A stretch of DNA of 64,000 nt from Eledone cirrhosa (taxonomy: Eukaryota): contig OZ024741.1 in assembly GCA_964016885.1 (NCBI GenBank), forward strand, positions 170,996,001 through 171,060,000, in the 5' to 3' direction. Positions 12,555-25,594 of this stretch are shown piece after piece. The position numbers were made by a program, and so were the translations under genes. The notes below the pieces were generated by a model. It had not been told where the DNA came from. It was given only the letters and a program-made list of their open reading frames with translations, and ran no database searches. The number at the start of each line of letters is the position of its first letter. The stretch's first letter is position 1.

Positions 12555-12785
12555 GTTGTTTTTTTGTTTAAAATTTGGGCACAAAACCCCAATAAGCGGT
12601 TATTTAACCCCGAAGGGCCAAATAACGGGCAGAAAAACCCCTCTCAGGAGGAGGAGGGTGTTTTTGTCTACAAGTTGGTTAAAGTTTTAAACAATTTACA
12701 ATTGTTATAGCGATCAAAATTTACAATACCTTACAGAGCCGAGCCTCCGTCAAACATAGCATTCAATAATAATAATAATAATAAT

Positions 12786-15700
12786 GATTTCATTTATTAG
12801 CCACAAGGGCCGACATGTAGGGGACAATACAAAGACAGGGACAGTGGGGGTTTACAATCAGGTCGAGTAAAAGTGCACAATGGCAAGACCAATTTAACAA
12901 TGAAAATATAAAAATATAAAATAAACTATGCATAAATAATACAAAATAAATTCCCCGATAGGGGGTGGACGGCCCTGGGGTGATTCGGGTACCCCACCAA
13001 TCCTGAACAACCCTGCGCTTCTATGGCACCCAGGGAGAGCACCCCTCTCCTCAAGTTAGTCAGCCTATAGGAGCATGTTCAGAGTAGCCCCATTCACACG
13101 AGCCATTCTCGCCACATTCACCCACCTTTTAGCAAATATACTGGGGGGCAGCACTTCTCTCTCCACCCTCACCCTCCTTTCCAGGTGAAACTTGAAGAAG
13201 TTGATGAGGGATTAGCCGAAGAGAAAAGTGTCTGTCTTTAGTCGTTTCAACCTGGTCCACCATATAATCTCTTTCGCAACTGCCACCAGACAGAGGAAAA
13301 TGTCCTGCTCTTCTTGACCTAAGGAAGGTGGCGGCTCGATCTTCACTATGGACTCGGCTGATAGCCGGATTCGTTCCACACGCGACAGTAGCTGTTCGAC
13401 ATAACTCCACAAGTCAGTAATGCACGGACATTGGACAAGTGCGTGCAGAACGGTTTCGTCGTCCTGTGCGCATCTTGGGCAGGTCCGTCTGACAGCACTT
13501 CCGTGCCTGTAGAGTTTATCCCGAACCGGCAGTGCCCCCCGGTAGCACTACCAAGCGAGAGATTTCTGGAAATTGTCCATCGTCCCCGGCTCAAAAGTCC
13601 TCCGGTACAGACTGCTCAGTTCGACTTCGTCGAGGCCCAAAGCTTCTCCGAGTGCGTCATCGCACTTGCCCACCACTAATCCTCTATAGAACTCGAGAGT
13701 GGAAGTTCCACAGATCGCATTGCCTGCTTGGTAGAGGGCAGTGAGTGCCTGGCAATATTCCAGGTGCCAGTCACTCAGTCTCGGTCTCTTCTTGACCCAG
13801 GACTGCAGCTCAGTCAAAGAAATGAGCTGCGGAAAGGCCCGTCTGATAAACGGCGACCACACCTGTTCACCATTGAGGCAGAATATTTGGAGATGTCGCA
13901 GCCTCAACGAAAGTCTGCGCATCATTAGCCACGGCATGCCCAGCCCTCCGCGTAGAGGGTGCTGGCAGCAGATGGACCGCCTCACCAACGGAACTTGTCC
14001 CCTCCACAAGAATTTGAAGAGGACCATTCCAACTTGACGAGGCGCGGACGGGGGCAAGGCACGACTGTTAGGCGGTAGTAGATGATGGACGCGATGTACG
14101 CATTCGCCACCTCCGCGCGACCTTTCAGTGATAGCTTCCGCCCAGCCCATTTTTGGGTGAGATTGGCTACTCTGCTCGTTACCTCGTCCCAATTCTTTTC
14201 CACCTGGAGGTCTGGTCCGCACCAAACCCCGAGCAACTTTACCGGTCCGTCCGTCCAGCGCCCCACGACACTGTTGGACGGCATGGGCTTGCCTCTCCAG
14301 GTTTCGAGCTGCAAGCCCACCGACTTTTCCGGGTTAAGTTTGGCTCCTGTCAACCTTTCATATTCCTTCAATAAGGTGCCGACCACCTCGATTTCTGAGG
14401 TGTTCGACACCATCACGGTGATGTCGTCCGCATAAGCCGACACCGCCTTTCCACCTCCCGGTTCGAGCGGGATGCCCTGCAACAGTTCCATCTTCCGCAG
14501 TAAAGGGTCGAGAGTCAATACGTACAGAAGAGAAGAGAGAGGGCACCCTTGACGGACCGATCGGCAGAGCCGAAATGGTTCCGAGAGGTGGCCATTAACC
14601 TTGACCACCGAGCGTGTGCCGCTGTGCACTGCAACGATTCAGCTTCTAAAGACAGGGCCGAAGCCAGCTGCATTGAGGACAAACTCCAGTTACCGATGGT
14701 CGACCCTATCGAATGCTTTCGATTGATCTAAATTGATCAGTGTCCCTCCGAAGCCAGGTTTACACCCAACCCTCTATATGATGTATCGCATGAGGTGGAG
14801 ATTGTCGTGTATTGACCTGGCTGGGATTGCGCAAGTTTGCGCCTCCCCAACCAAATCCTCGACGACAAGCGCCAATCTCTTTGCTAACACCTTGGCCAAA
14901 ATCTTAAACTCTGTGTTGAGCAGAGTTATGGGCCTGAAGTTGTCTAATGTATCCCTCTTGTTCTCGTCTTTCCTTATCAGCGTCACCACTCCCCTGCTCA
15001 CAGAACTGGGAATATTCCCATTCTGCTGCCAGTTGCAGTAGAGTGCTTCGAAGAGTTCGGAGAACAGGTCTGGCATATTTACGTAAAGCTCTTAGGGCAG
15101 GCCATCCAAACCGGGTGACTTGCGCCTTATTCAGCCGACAAGGGCGTCCTGAATTTCGGCTGAAGTAATCGGCCTTTCGCAGCGCTCAGCGTCGACCGTC
15201 GAGATGCGCGGCAAGCCGGCAAGGTAGGGACTGAAATCCGCACCACTCTCTGACTCGCCACTCTCCCTGAACAACCGAGCAAAGTGCTGGGGTAAGGCCT
15301 CACACATCCGCTTGGAATCGCTTATCTCGTGTCCGTCTCGGTCGGCCAAAGACCGTATTGTGGTTTTATTACCACGCTGCGCCTCCTCCACGCGGGCCCA
15401 TCGAACAGCTTTAGTTCCCTCGTTTCTTAGCGCACGCGCCTTAGCTCTATCAATGCAACCTTGGTGCTTGGCATTGAAGAAGTGGTCTAATGCCATTCTC
15501 GCCGCTAGCACGACAGTTGCGATGCCACTACAAATAGCCTCGTCTAACTTATCTACCAGCTCCCCCTCCTTTCTATTTTTCTCTAACGCTAGTTCTTTAC
15601 TGATCTCTATCGAAGTTACTCTAATCTCTCTTTTGAGAGCCCCCCACCATCTGTTGTTGATGATCCCCCCCTGTCAACTTTTGCTTAACTAAATTGTTGA

Positions 15701-16780
15701 CTCGGTCCCGGTAATCCTTACGTGCCGGAAATGACATGTTTAGCTTCCAGTAACCCGGTCCTAACCTATGCGTTTTATTTAGGTCGACCGTACAGATCAC
15801 AAATTTGTGATCTGAATAGGCGACCGTTTTAAAAAGTGGACAGCCCACACTATTTCTATTTATTTTCCTAATGAAGATCCTGTCTATATACGATCTAGAT
15901 GAACCTATTCGGTTGGTCCATGTCCATACTGGCACATTGGGGAAATCTAGTCGATACCTGTCAGACAGTTGGAACTGGCTGAGTAGGTGCTCGAGGCTTT
16001 TGCACCCCCACCCCCACCCCCGCTCCTATCGGTTACTCCCACACAATCCCAGCGTGCGTCTAAGATGCCATTCCAGTCCCCCGCTAACAGTAAATGGCGA
16101 GACGTACACAGAAAGGTCTCCAGGCGCCTAAAGAAGTCAGGTCGTCCGGCCCCTGTAGGGGCGTAGATGGCCAGCAGTCTAAAGGCACCACCTTCGCTAC
16201 TGCTCACATCCAAGACCACCAACTTACCGTCCGGGTCCCGGAAGATCGACCTTACCTCGAGATCCTGTCCTTTCCTAAACAGCACTGCCCCCCCATTCCC
16301 GGCCTGCTAACAGATGGGAAGATCTGATAGTCGTCGAAAATGGAGGCTAGTGTTCGCGTGTCGGAAATTCTGGTCTCGCTTACGGCAATCACATCCATTT
16401 CCAGCGACCGGAGGTCGTTGAGCAGGCGACCCTGCTTCCAGGGTGACCCCAGGCCGCGAACATTTAAACTTCCTACTCTTAATATGGCCATATTGGTAAG
16501 CTAAGGGAGAGAGAGGGAAGGTTTACTTACCTCCCGGGTCTTGTGAAGGTCGGGTGTTTCGACCACCATGGTTGGTGGGGTTTCTTTTGGGAACCCCTTT
16601 AAAAGTCTTGATGTGGGTTTCACATTCAGGGTTCCCACGTCTTGAGGAAAGCTCTCTCGAAATTCTTTGAAAGAATTGAGTGACATTCGGACCAGAAGCA
16701 AATCTTCTGGCACGCAAAATGTGCTCATTTCAAAAATCTACCCCTCTGTTTGAATGTCCTCGCTTCGCACTAAGAGGGCC
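12786..16780 (-). mobile_element. Tx1/L1-clade LINE, family B (diverged from family A), truncated within ORF1
   Basis: ORF2 starts at 16491 (MAILRVGSLNVRGL) with GDWN, RPITLLNTEFKILAK, QGCPLS and AYADD motifs; ends near 13065; AATAAA followed by an (ATT)n tail at 12764-12785. Confidence 0.92.
13065..16491 (-). pseudogene. disrupted ORF2 (APE-RT) of Tx1 family B
   Basis: Consecutive minus-strand ORF fragments 16252-16491, 15947-16285, 15621-15935, 15131-15511, 14774-15076, 13982-14629, 13548-14225 and 13212-13412. Confidence 0.88.
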
Positions 16781-16811
16781 ATCAGTTTATCGTTGGCCCT
16801 TCTGACAAGCA

Positions 16812-19095
16812 CGAACAGGCACGCCAACAAACTGATTTGAGTATCACAGTTGAAACTCTTAAGGGGCAGGCCAAAAAACTAACCAATTTGAAATCACCAG
16901 GGCCAGATGGTGTGCAGGGGTATTGGATTACAAATATAACATCCCTCCACCCGAAACTGACAACCATGTTGAATGACTGCTTGATGTCAGGTGAGGTACC
17001 AGAGTGGTTGACAAAAGGTACCACAGTTCTGATAATGAAAGCCCGAATCAAGGGTAATGATGTTACCAACTATAAACCTATCACATGTCTGTCCGTAATG
17101 TGGAAACTGTTGACGAGCATTGTGTCTGAGGAAATCTACCATCACCTCCACACAAACAACTTGTTACCGGACGAACAGAAAGGATGCCGAAAGAAGTGAC
17201 GTGGTACAAAGTACCAGTTACTTATTGATAAGATGGTAATGAGGAATTGCAAGTGGAGACACACTGGTCTTGCCATGGGATGGATAGACTACAAAAAGGC
17301 ATTTGACATGGTGCCTCATTCTTGGATAACCAAAAGCCTGGAGATCTTCAAGGTGGCAGATAACATCAGACAGTTGTTGGGCAAAAGTATGAAGTCCTGG
17401 GAAACAGAGTTAACATCAACCGGAGAATCCTTGGGAAGCGTGAATATCAAGAGAGTTATCTTCCAGGGAGATAGTCTGTCCCCTCTGTTGTTTGTCCTTG
17501 CCCTGATGCCCCTGACCAGTATACTGCGAAAAGTGAGAGCAGGATACAGGTTGGGAAAGGAGGGCTTACCATCAATCACCTCCTCTTCATGGACGATCTT
17601 AAGCTCTTCGGGAAGAGTGAGAAGGAGCTGGATGTGCTTGTTGACACTGTCCGTATTTTCAGCAATGATATATGTATGCAATTTGGTATTAGTAAGTGTG
17701 GAGTCATTGTGATGAGGAGGGGTAAGTTGAGCAGAAGTAACGGAATCCAGGTACCAACAGGTGAGATGATAAAGGAAATTGACTCTGAAGAAGGATACAA
17801 GTATTTGGGTGTTCTGGAGGCTGATGACATCAAGAACAAAAAAATAAGAACTGAATACATTCGGGGAGTAAGGAGCGTATTAAAGTCACATCTGAACAGT
17901 AGGAATGCCATATGTGCAGTAAATTCCCGAGCTGTGTCTATTATTAGGTACAGTGCGGGAATTCTGAGATGGAATGTTGCTGAACAAAAAGAAATGGATA
18001 GGAAGACTAGGAAGCTATTGACTATCTACAACATGTTCCACAAGAGGAGTGATGTCGATAGACTCTACTTAAGGAGATCTGAAGGTAGAAGAGGTCTTAT
18101 CAGCATAGAGGACTGTGTTCAGATGGAGAAAAACAACCTACACAAATACGTGACTGATAGTAAGGAGCCAATGCTCAGAACTGTACTGAAGGAGGGGACA
18201 ATAGGCCAGGGGATGTCCAAGGAGTAAAAAACATCAAGGAGAAAGAGCAGCCTTCAGGAAAAATACCTTCATAGTACCTTTTTTTGCGAAAACTGAATTT
18301 AGAGATCCACAGACATGGAACTGGTTGAAAAGAGGAGACCTTAAAAAGGCTACAGAAGGAATGTTAATGGCTGCGCAGGAGCAGGCTCTCAAAACGAAGT
18401 GGTTGAAACACCACATTTACAAGGAGGAGGCTAGCCCACTGTGCAGGATCTGTGGAGAGAGAGAGGAGACTGTGGCTCACATTGTATCCGAGTGTAAACA
18501 CCTAGCCCAGACTCACTATAAGGGCTGGAGACATGATGTGATGGGCAGGGTGATCCACTGGCACCTATGCAAAGTAAACAATTTACCACATTCTGAGAAG
18601 TGGTATGAGCATAAGCCAGAGTCGGTGATAGAAAACGATCAGGTGAAGGTGCTGTGGGATTTTAGGATACAGACGGACAAGAAACTGGAACACAATAGAC
18701 TTGACCTAGTGGTTGTGGACAAAGAAAAAAAGTTCGTGCCTGATTGTGGATGTGGCCTGCCCATTCGACACGAGAGTGGAAGGGAAGGAGAGGGAGAAAA
18801 TTAACCGATACCAGGACGACTTAAAGTGGGAGGTAAAAAGGATTTGGAACTGCCATGAAGTCAAAGTGATCCCGATTGTCATAGGCGCAATAGGGACTAT
18901 CTCAAAAAAGTTTCCAGGGATGGTTAAAGAAAATTGGCCCCTTCACGCTTTTTGGAACGCTTCTAAAGGCATGCTTGCTGGGAACAGCAAGAACCCTCCG
19001 ATACGTTCTGAATATCTGAGGCTGCAGGTAGTGGCTTGATATTCATCTCAACAAACTTTCCAGTTAACTAACATCAATGACTGAGACTCAAAGAG
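16812..19095 (+). mobile_element. 5'-truncated R4/Dong-type RLE LINE (family D1, variant b), disrupted
   Basis: KSPGPDG, IDYKKAFD, FQGDSLSPLLF, MDD, CRICGEREETVAHIVSEC, RHD and PD-(D/E)xK region in frameshifted pieces; ends in (AAT)n. Confidence 0.92.
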
Positions 19096-19103
19096 TAATA
19101 ACA

Positions 19104-19157
<54 letters not shown>

Positions 19158-20842
19158 TCAACTGGAGTATCCTTGGGAAGCGTGAAGATCAAGAGAGGTA
19201 TCTTCCAGGGAGATAGCCTGTCCCCTCTGTTGTTTGTCCTTGCCCTGATGCCCTTGACCATTATGCTGCGAAAAGTGAGAGCAGGATACAAGTTGGGAAG
19301 TGGAGAGCTTACCATCAATCACCTCCTCTTCATGGACGATCTTAAGCTCTTCGGGAAAAGTGAGAAGGAGTTGGATGTGCTTGTTGACACTTTCCGTATT
19401 TTCAGCAGTGATATATGTATGCAGTTTGGTATTGGTAAATGTGGAGTCATTGTGATGAAGAGGGGTAGGTTGAGCAGAAGTAACGGGATCCAGATACCAA
19501 CAGGTGAGATGATAAAGGAAATTGACTCTGAGGAAGGATACAAGTATTTGGGCGTTCTGGAGGCTGATGGCATAAAGAACAAAAAAATGAAGGAATTGTT
19601 AAGAACTGAATACATTCGGAGAGTAAGGAGCGTATTGAAGTCACATCTGAACAGCAGAAATGCCATAAGCGCAGTAAATTCCCGAGCTGTGTCTATTATT
19701 AGGTACAGTGCGGGAATTCTGAGATGGAATGTTGCTGAACAAAAAGAAATGGATAGGAAGACTAGGAAGCTATTGACTATCTACAACATGTTCCACAAGA
19801 GGAGTGATGTCGATAGACTCTACCTAAGGAGATCTGAGGGTGGAAGAGGTCTTATCAGCATAGAGGACTGTGTTCAGATGGAGAAAAACAACCTATACAA
19901 ATACGTGACCTATAGTAAGGAGCCAATGCTCAGAACTGTACTGAAGGATGGGACAGTAGGCCAAGGGATGTCCAAGGAGGAAATAACATCAAGGAGGAAG
20001 AGCAGCCTTAAGGGAAAATCCCTTCATAGTACCTTCTTTGAGAAAACTGAATTTAGAGATCCACAGACATGGAACTGGTTGAGAAGAGGAGACCTCAAAA
20101 AGGCTACAGAAGGAATGCTAATGGCTGCGCAGGAGCAGGCCCTCAAAACGAAGTGGTTGAAGCACCATATCTACAAGGAGGAGGCTAGCCCACTGTTGAG
20201 GATCTGTGGAGAGAGAGAGGAGACTGTGGCTCACATTGTGTCCGAGTGTAAACACCTAGCCCAGACCCACTATAAGGGCTGGAGACACGATGTGATGGGC
20301 AGGGTGATCCACTGGCACCTGTGCAAAGTAAACAATTTACCACATTCTGAGAAATGGTATGAGCATAGGCCAGAGGCGGTGATGGAGAACAATCAGGTGA
20401 AGGTGCTGTGGGATTTTAGGATACAGACGGACAAAAAACTGGAACACAATAGACCTGACCTGGTGGTTGTGGACAAAGAAAAAAGATCGTGTCTGATTGT
20501 GAATGTGGCCTGCCCGTTCGACACGAGAGTGCAAGAGAAGGAGAGGGAGAAAATTAACCGATACCAGGACCTAAAGTGGGAGGTGAAAAGGATTTGGAAC
20601 TGCCATGAAGTCAAAGTGATCCCGATTGTCATAGACGCACTGGGGACTATCTCCAAAAGTTTCCAGGGATGGTTAAAGAAAATCGGCCCCTTCACGCTTT
20701 TTGGAACGCTTCAAAAGGCATGCTTGCTTGGAACAGCAAGAACCCTCCGATACGTCCTGAATATCTGAGGCTGCAGGTAGTGGCTTGATATTCAATCCAA
20801 CGGACTTTCCAGTTAACCAACATCAATGACTGAGATTCAAGG
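19158..20842 (+). mobile_element. 5'-truncated R4/Dong-type RLE LINE (family D1, variant a)
   Basis: Open frame to 20768 covering the RT C-terminal half, the zinc-finger region (first Cys changed to Leu) and the RLE; flanked by (AAT)n at 19096-19157 and 20843-20942. Confidence 0.93.
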
Positions 20843-20851
20843 AATAACAAC

Positions 20852-20943
<92 letters not shown>

Positions 20944-20963
20944 GAAGAAGAAGAAGAAGAAGA
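20843..20963. repeat. (AAT)n followed by (AAG)n microsatellite
   Basis: Direct reading; forms the tail of the preceding Dong copy. Confidence 0.95.
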
Positions 20964-21067
20964 TATAGATTGATTGATCGACAAATATATATATATATAT
21001 AAGTGTTGAAGTTTTTGTGGAAAAAGTAAAAGGAATGAGGAGTGTTCTATGTAAGTTACAGAGTTAA

Positions 21068-21757
21068 ATATTTAATGTATAATAAACAACACAGTATAAT
21101 AAACAATTACCCGAGGTTTCCCGAACAGGACGAACACAAAAGACGTCCGCATTCGTTCGTCACATGAAGCAATATAACAGTGAGATATTTGAAAATAGCT
21201 CATCAAGAAAATGTTTAACGGACAAAAAATATAAATAAAAGTAATAAGACAAAAATATCTAAAACAATATAAATAAAGAAATATAGTGAGATGATGTGTG
21301 TATATGTACATACATATGCGCATGTGTGTATGTGTACATACATATGTACATGTGTATGTACAACTGCATGTGTATAATGAAAATATCTACGCGTAAGTAC
21401 ATACATGTGGGCAAATATATAAGTGTATGTGTTACCACAAATACACTCTTGCCCTCATGTATGTACTTACGCATACATGTACACATGCAGTTGTACATAT
21501 ACACACATGTACATATGTACATATGTATGTACATATACACACATCATCTCACTATATTTCTTTATTTTTATTTGTTTATATATTTTTTGTCTTATTACTT
21601 TTATTTATATTTTTTGTCCGTTAAACATTTTAGCCTTTCTTGATGAGCCATTTTCAAATATCACACTGTTATATTGCTTCATCTGACGAACGAAAGCGGA
21701 CGTCTTTTGTGTTCGTCCTGTTCGGGAAACCTCGGGTAATTGTTTATTATACATTAA

Positions 21758-21761
<4 letters not shown>
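21068..21761. repeat. foldback palindrome of about 690 bp centred near 21433
   Basis: The left arm ATATTTAATGTATAATAAACAA...CCCGAGGTTTCCCGAACAGGACG... matches the reverse complement of 21436-21761 with scattered indels; innermost TGTG-TTAC-CACA. Confidence 0.9.
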
Positions 21762-21835
<74 letters not shown>

Positions 21836-21963
21836 CAAGGACTCTATATCTTTGATATATTGTTTTTGTTTATGCCACGAAACTACGTAGTCGAGGAATT
21901 TAGGAACAGTTTAGGTATGATACATTTTATTACTAATTATATCTAAATGTTTCTTCTCTCTTC

Positions 21964-22051
<88 letters not shown>

Positions 22052-22194
22052 GAGAGAGAGATAAAGATGAGGTCAGACGGACAGAGAGAAAGTGAGTAAT
22101 ATATGAAATGGCGTACAAATCGCAATGAAATAAGAGCAATGATCCTGTAAATAACACCAGTATGCATTATGAACAATATCATGATTATTTGCAT

Positions 22195-22380
22195 CGGTGG
22201 ATTGGCAGTATCGGTAGAGAGTCGAACACCATGCTTTGAAGCATAGAGTTACGTCCCTTTATGATCTGAGTTCAAATCCCGCCGAGGTTAACTTTGCCTT
22301 TCATCCTTACGGGGTCGATAAAATAAAGTACCAGTAATGCACTGGGTAATTGCTGGCCTTGTGCCAAAAAGTAGAAACAA
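22195..22380 (+). mobile_element. SINE S1 with a 27-bp target-site duplication
   Basis: ATTATGAACAATATCATGATTATTTGC at 22166-22192 and 22380-22406 brackets a full S1 copy. Confidence 0.9.
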
Positions 22381-22498
22381 TTATGAACAATATCATGATT
22401 ATTTGCGGACCAAGCACTCCATCTTCTTTACCATCACTACCAACGCTACCACCAACACTTCCACCGCCTCTGCCGCAAAAGCTACAATAATGATAATA

Positions 22499-22685
22499 AT
22501 TGTTTCTATGTTGGCACAAGGCCAGCAATTATCCTAGTGCATTACTGGTACTTTATTTTATTGACCCCGTAAGGATGAAAAGCAAAGTTAACCTCGGCGG
22601 GATTTGAACTCAGACCGTAAAGGGACGTAACTCTATGCTGAAAAGCATGGTGTCCGACTCTCTACCGATACTGTCAATCCACCAT
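22499..22685 (-). mobile_element. SINE S1, inverted relative to the previous copy
   Basis: Reverse complement of the S1 consensus with an (ATT)n tail at 22485-22500. Confidence 0.88.
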
Positions 22686-23384
22686 CCTTACAATAATAAT
22701 AAACAGTTAATAATAGTATGGTATTAACAAAATGATAATATTCATATCTTTTTTCGTAGCACAGGAAAATTATTTAGAAGACGGTAAAATATGCCATTGA
22801 TATAATGGACATCAGTAATTCTTTTATCAAGATAATTAGCAGAAAGCTATGCATTCTTATAGAGTGGGTGTTGTAGATTTAATCGACAACTCAAATCATT
22901 CTCGCTGGCACTTATTTTTAATAATTAACGATAAGAGATAAAATACAGAATCGTCTTTGATGGAATTTGAACTCCGGATTTTGAGGGATGAAAGTAAATA
23001 ACGTAAATCAACTCATTTCGATGGAAAATTGATATTAATTCAATTGACTCTAGAATATGACTGGTACCTATGTTAACGAGCCTACGTGGATGATGATACA
23101 ATGTAGACGAGACAAAGGTATCTAACAAATTGCTGAAGGTGAGTCGTTCTAATGGCGATTCTGGTATTTACGGCCTACACTTTCTAAGGGGAATTTGGAA
23201 GATGGACACTCTGTATGAATGTACATGTATATATATATATATATATAGGTCAACAACTATTCATCTAAACACACTTCACCCACACTCTCATATATAGAGA
23301 TGTATATATGCGTTAATCTATATATGTATGTACGTATTTCCGTATATATGTATTTATATACGGTTTTATTATTTCTGGTTTTAT

Positions 23385-24800
23385 TATTTCACCAATTTTT
23401 CCCAAAAGATAGAGAGAGTCGGTTTCTAACATAGTTACAAGACTCTCTCATTGGAATTTACACAACATCAACTAGGTAGATATGTCTGCATGTCTGCATG
23501 TGTAGGCATTGTTGTTATTGTATGTGTGGATGTGGATGTCTTGAGTTATGTGTGTGCATGTGCGCTTTTTTATCTGTACATGTGTATCTGGAGTTATTAG
23601 ATGCAACATTTTTGGAATGTTTTACATATTTTTACTGTTACATTAATGGATTGTACTTGTAATTACCTAACTAGTTGTGTTCTTTCTGTTGATGTGAAGC
23701 CCGGCTTCTCAAGATTTGTATTGAGGCAGTTACTAACATACCCCAGTGCCCCAATAATCACAGGCATAAATCTGAAGGTGTAATCAGGGTGGAGTATCTG
23801 CAGATTTCTCATCAGTTCTGCATAAATATTCTCCTTTTCGCTAATCTTTGATATTATATTGGCATCTGCTGGGCAGCCAATTTCCTCTGGGCAGCTAATT
23901 CCACTACTCCCTGTCCCATATCATAATATCTGGTCTGCATTTTATTGGGGTTTTTACTGGAACATTCCACCAATACTCTTTCATATTATGTATATGTATG
24001 TCTTCCACATTGCTGTAGCTTTTAATGTGTTTATTATCGGGGCTATCTTTTCTACGGATTGCATTGTACAGTGTTTTGGCCACTACATCATGCCTCATAG
24101 GTAGATAGTACCGCGATGACATCTTTGGACAGCTACTTATGACATGGGTGACATCTTCGTTGTTAATTCTGCAGAGTCAGCACTTGTTATCAGATCTAGG
24201 TGTTTTACCTGCATCCCTATCTCTTTTGTGAATCAGGTATTTCGTGTTAATTTCCTGTTCTTGGATTGCAAAAGCGTATCCTTCAAAGTGGGAGCCCATA
24301 TAGCGGTTGTTGGTCCAAGATAGACTACTTTCCTTATCTATATTACTTTCACTCTGGAGCTTCCTGGCAACATATCCATGCTTGATTTTTGCTGATAAGT
24401 ATGCAGTTTTTCATCCATGGATTCACTGCGATACTGGGTGTGATTTTTTTTTTATTATCACACAGGGAATATCTTTCGAGGAGTTCCTTCCCAACTCTCA
24501 TGATCTTATCTGTTTCATGCCGAGACTTGCTCGAGAGACGTGCTCCTACGCTTCGATGTTCGTAGATGTCCGAGGGATATGATGCGACATTCAAATGCTG
24601 TCTGGACTGATGTTAGACCTCTGCCTCCCTACTTTCGTTTCAAGTAGAGGCGGTCTATGTCACTGTTGATATGGAAGTTTCCGGTGTTTAGTATTTTTCG
24701 AGTTCTAGTATCAATTGCTCGGATTTCGTCTATCGTCCAACTGAGTATTCGAAACGTTGGTGTTAGGACAGGCACAGCAAATACATTGTGAGGCACAATG
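23385..24800 (-). mobile_element. degenerate 5'-truncated RLE (R4/Dong-like) LINE related to the 59-63 kb element
   Basis: HNVFAVPVLTPTF...GNFHINSDIDRLYL, MSSRYYLPMRHD, RPDIMIWD and KICKTF motifs; 3' UTR homologous to 49095-49372. Confidence 0.85.
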
Positions 24801-25594
24801 TATTTATTTATTTGTATATATGTATTTTGGTATATATGTATGTATTTTCGTATATATTTATTTATTTGTATGTATGTAATTTGTATCCATGTATTTTCGT
24901 ATATGTATGTATTTTCGTATATATGTATGTATGTATATGTCGGTGTGCGTATACGTGTGTTCCCACATATCTGATTACGTTTACCAGTGTAAACGAACAT
25001 TGTGCTAGAAACGTAGCACCCATTAAAGCAGTGATAGAAAAATAAATACCATCTGAAATAAGTACTAAGGTCGTTGTAGTCAACTATAAATTCTTGAATG
25101 ACTTGACACAGCCTAGTCGCAGTACAATGAATGAATCCAGTGTAAAGGAAAAATATATTATTTGGTGTCTGACTTTAGCACAAAAGACAAATTAATGGGT
25201 GGAGAGTATAATCGATTTAGTGTATCTACTGTGTGTTTATTAAAGGTGCATATTTAAAAGAACGAAGACCAGGAAAGAATAAAAAGCCAAATCTGTTCCG
25301 GCTGCATGTGAACTCAGAGCATAATTAAACGTAATTAAACAACTCCACACAATGTGTCCGTTGCTCTATCGATTATGCAACAAATTGCTCTAAATATTAA
25401 TGCAGATAATCTATTGACTTCAGTTTTAGTTGCAAGTATGAAAGACAAAGTCGACGTTTGCGTGATTTTAACTTAAAACGAAATATGTGCGATGGTGGAA
25501 TAGATTAATTACTGAAGGATTCGACCGTGAAAACCCTTTAGTTTTTGCTCGTTCAGCGACTTTAGCATTGAAGTGTACTCCAGTCATATTTGAA

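Larger units (their letters stand above)
7458..12763 (-). mobile_element. Tx1/L1-clade non-LTR retrotransposon, family A copy 1 (5'-complete, two internal deletions)
   Basis: ORF1 with zinc-knuckle region; ORF2 with APE (GSINARGL, GDWN, YLDRVF, YTDH), RT (DQSKAFDRV, VRQGCPL, AYADD) and CCHC (CPRCAQGDETVLHALVQC); (AAT)n at both ends; closely similar to 27518-33565. Confidence 0.93.

Noticed and set aside
19077-20768. 563-aa ORF as a standalone gene with a hydrophobic signal-like N-terminus
   Set aside because: The poly-Ile is an (ATA)n tract joining the 3' UTR of one Dong copy to a truncated second copy.
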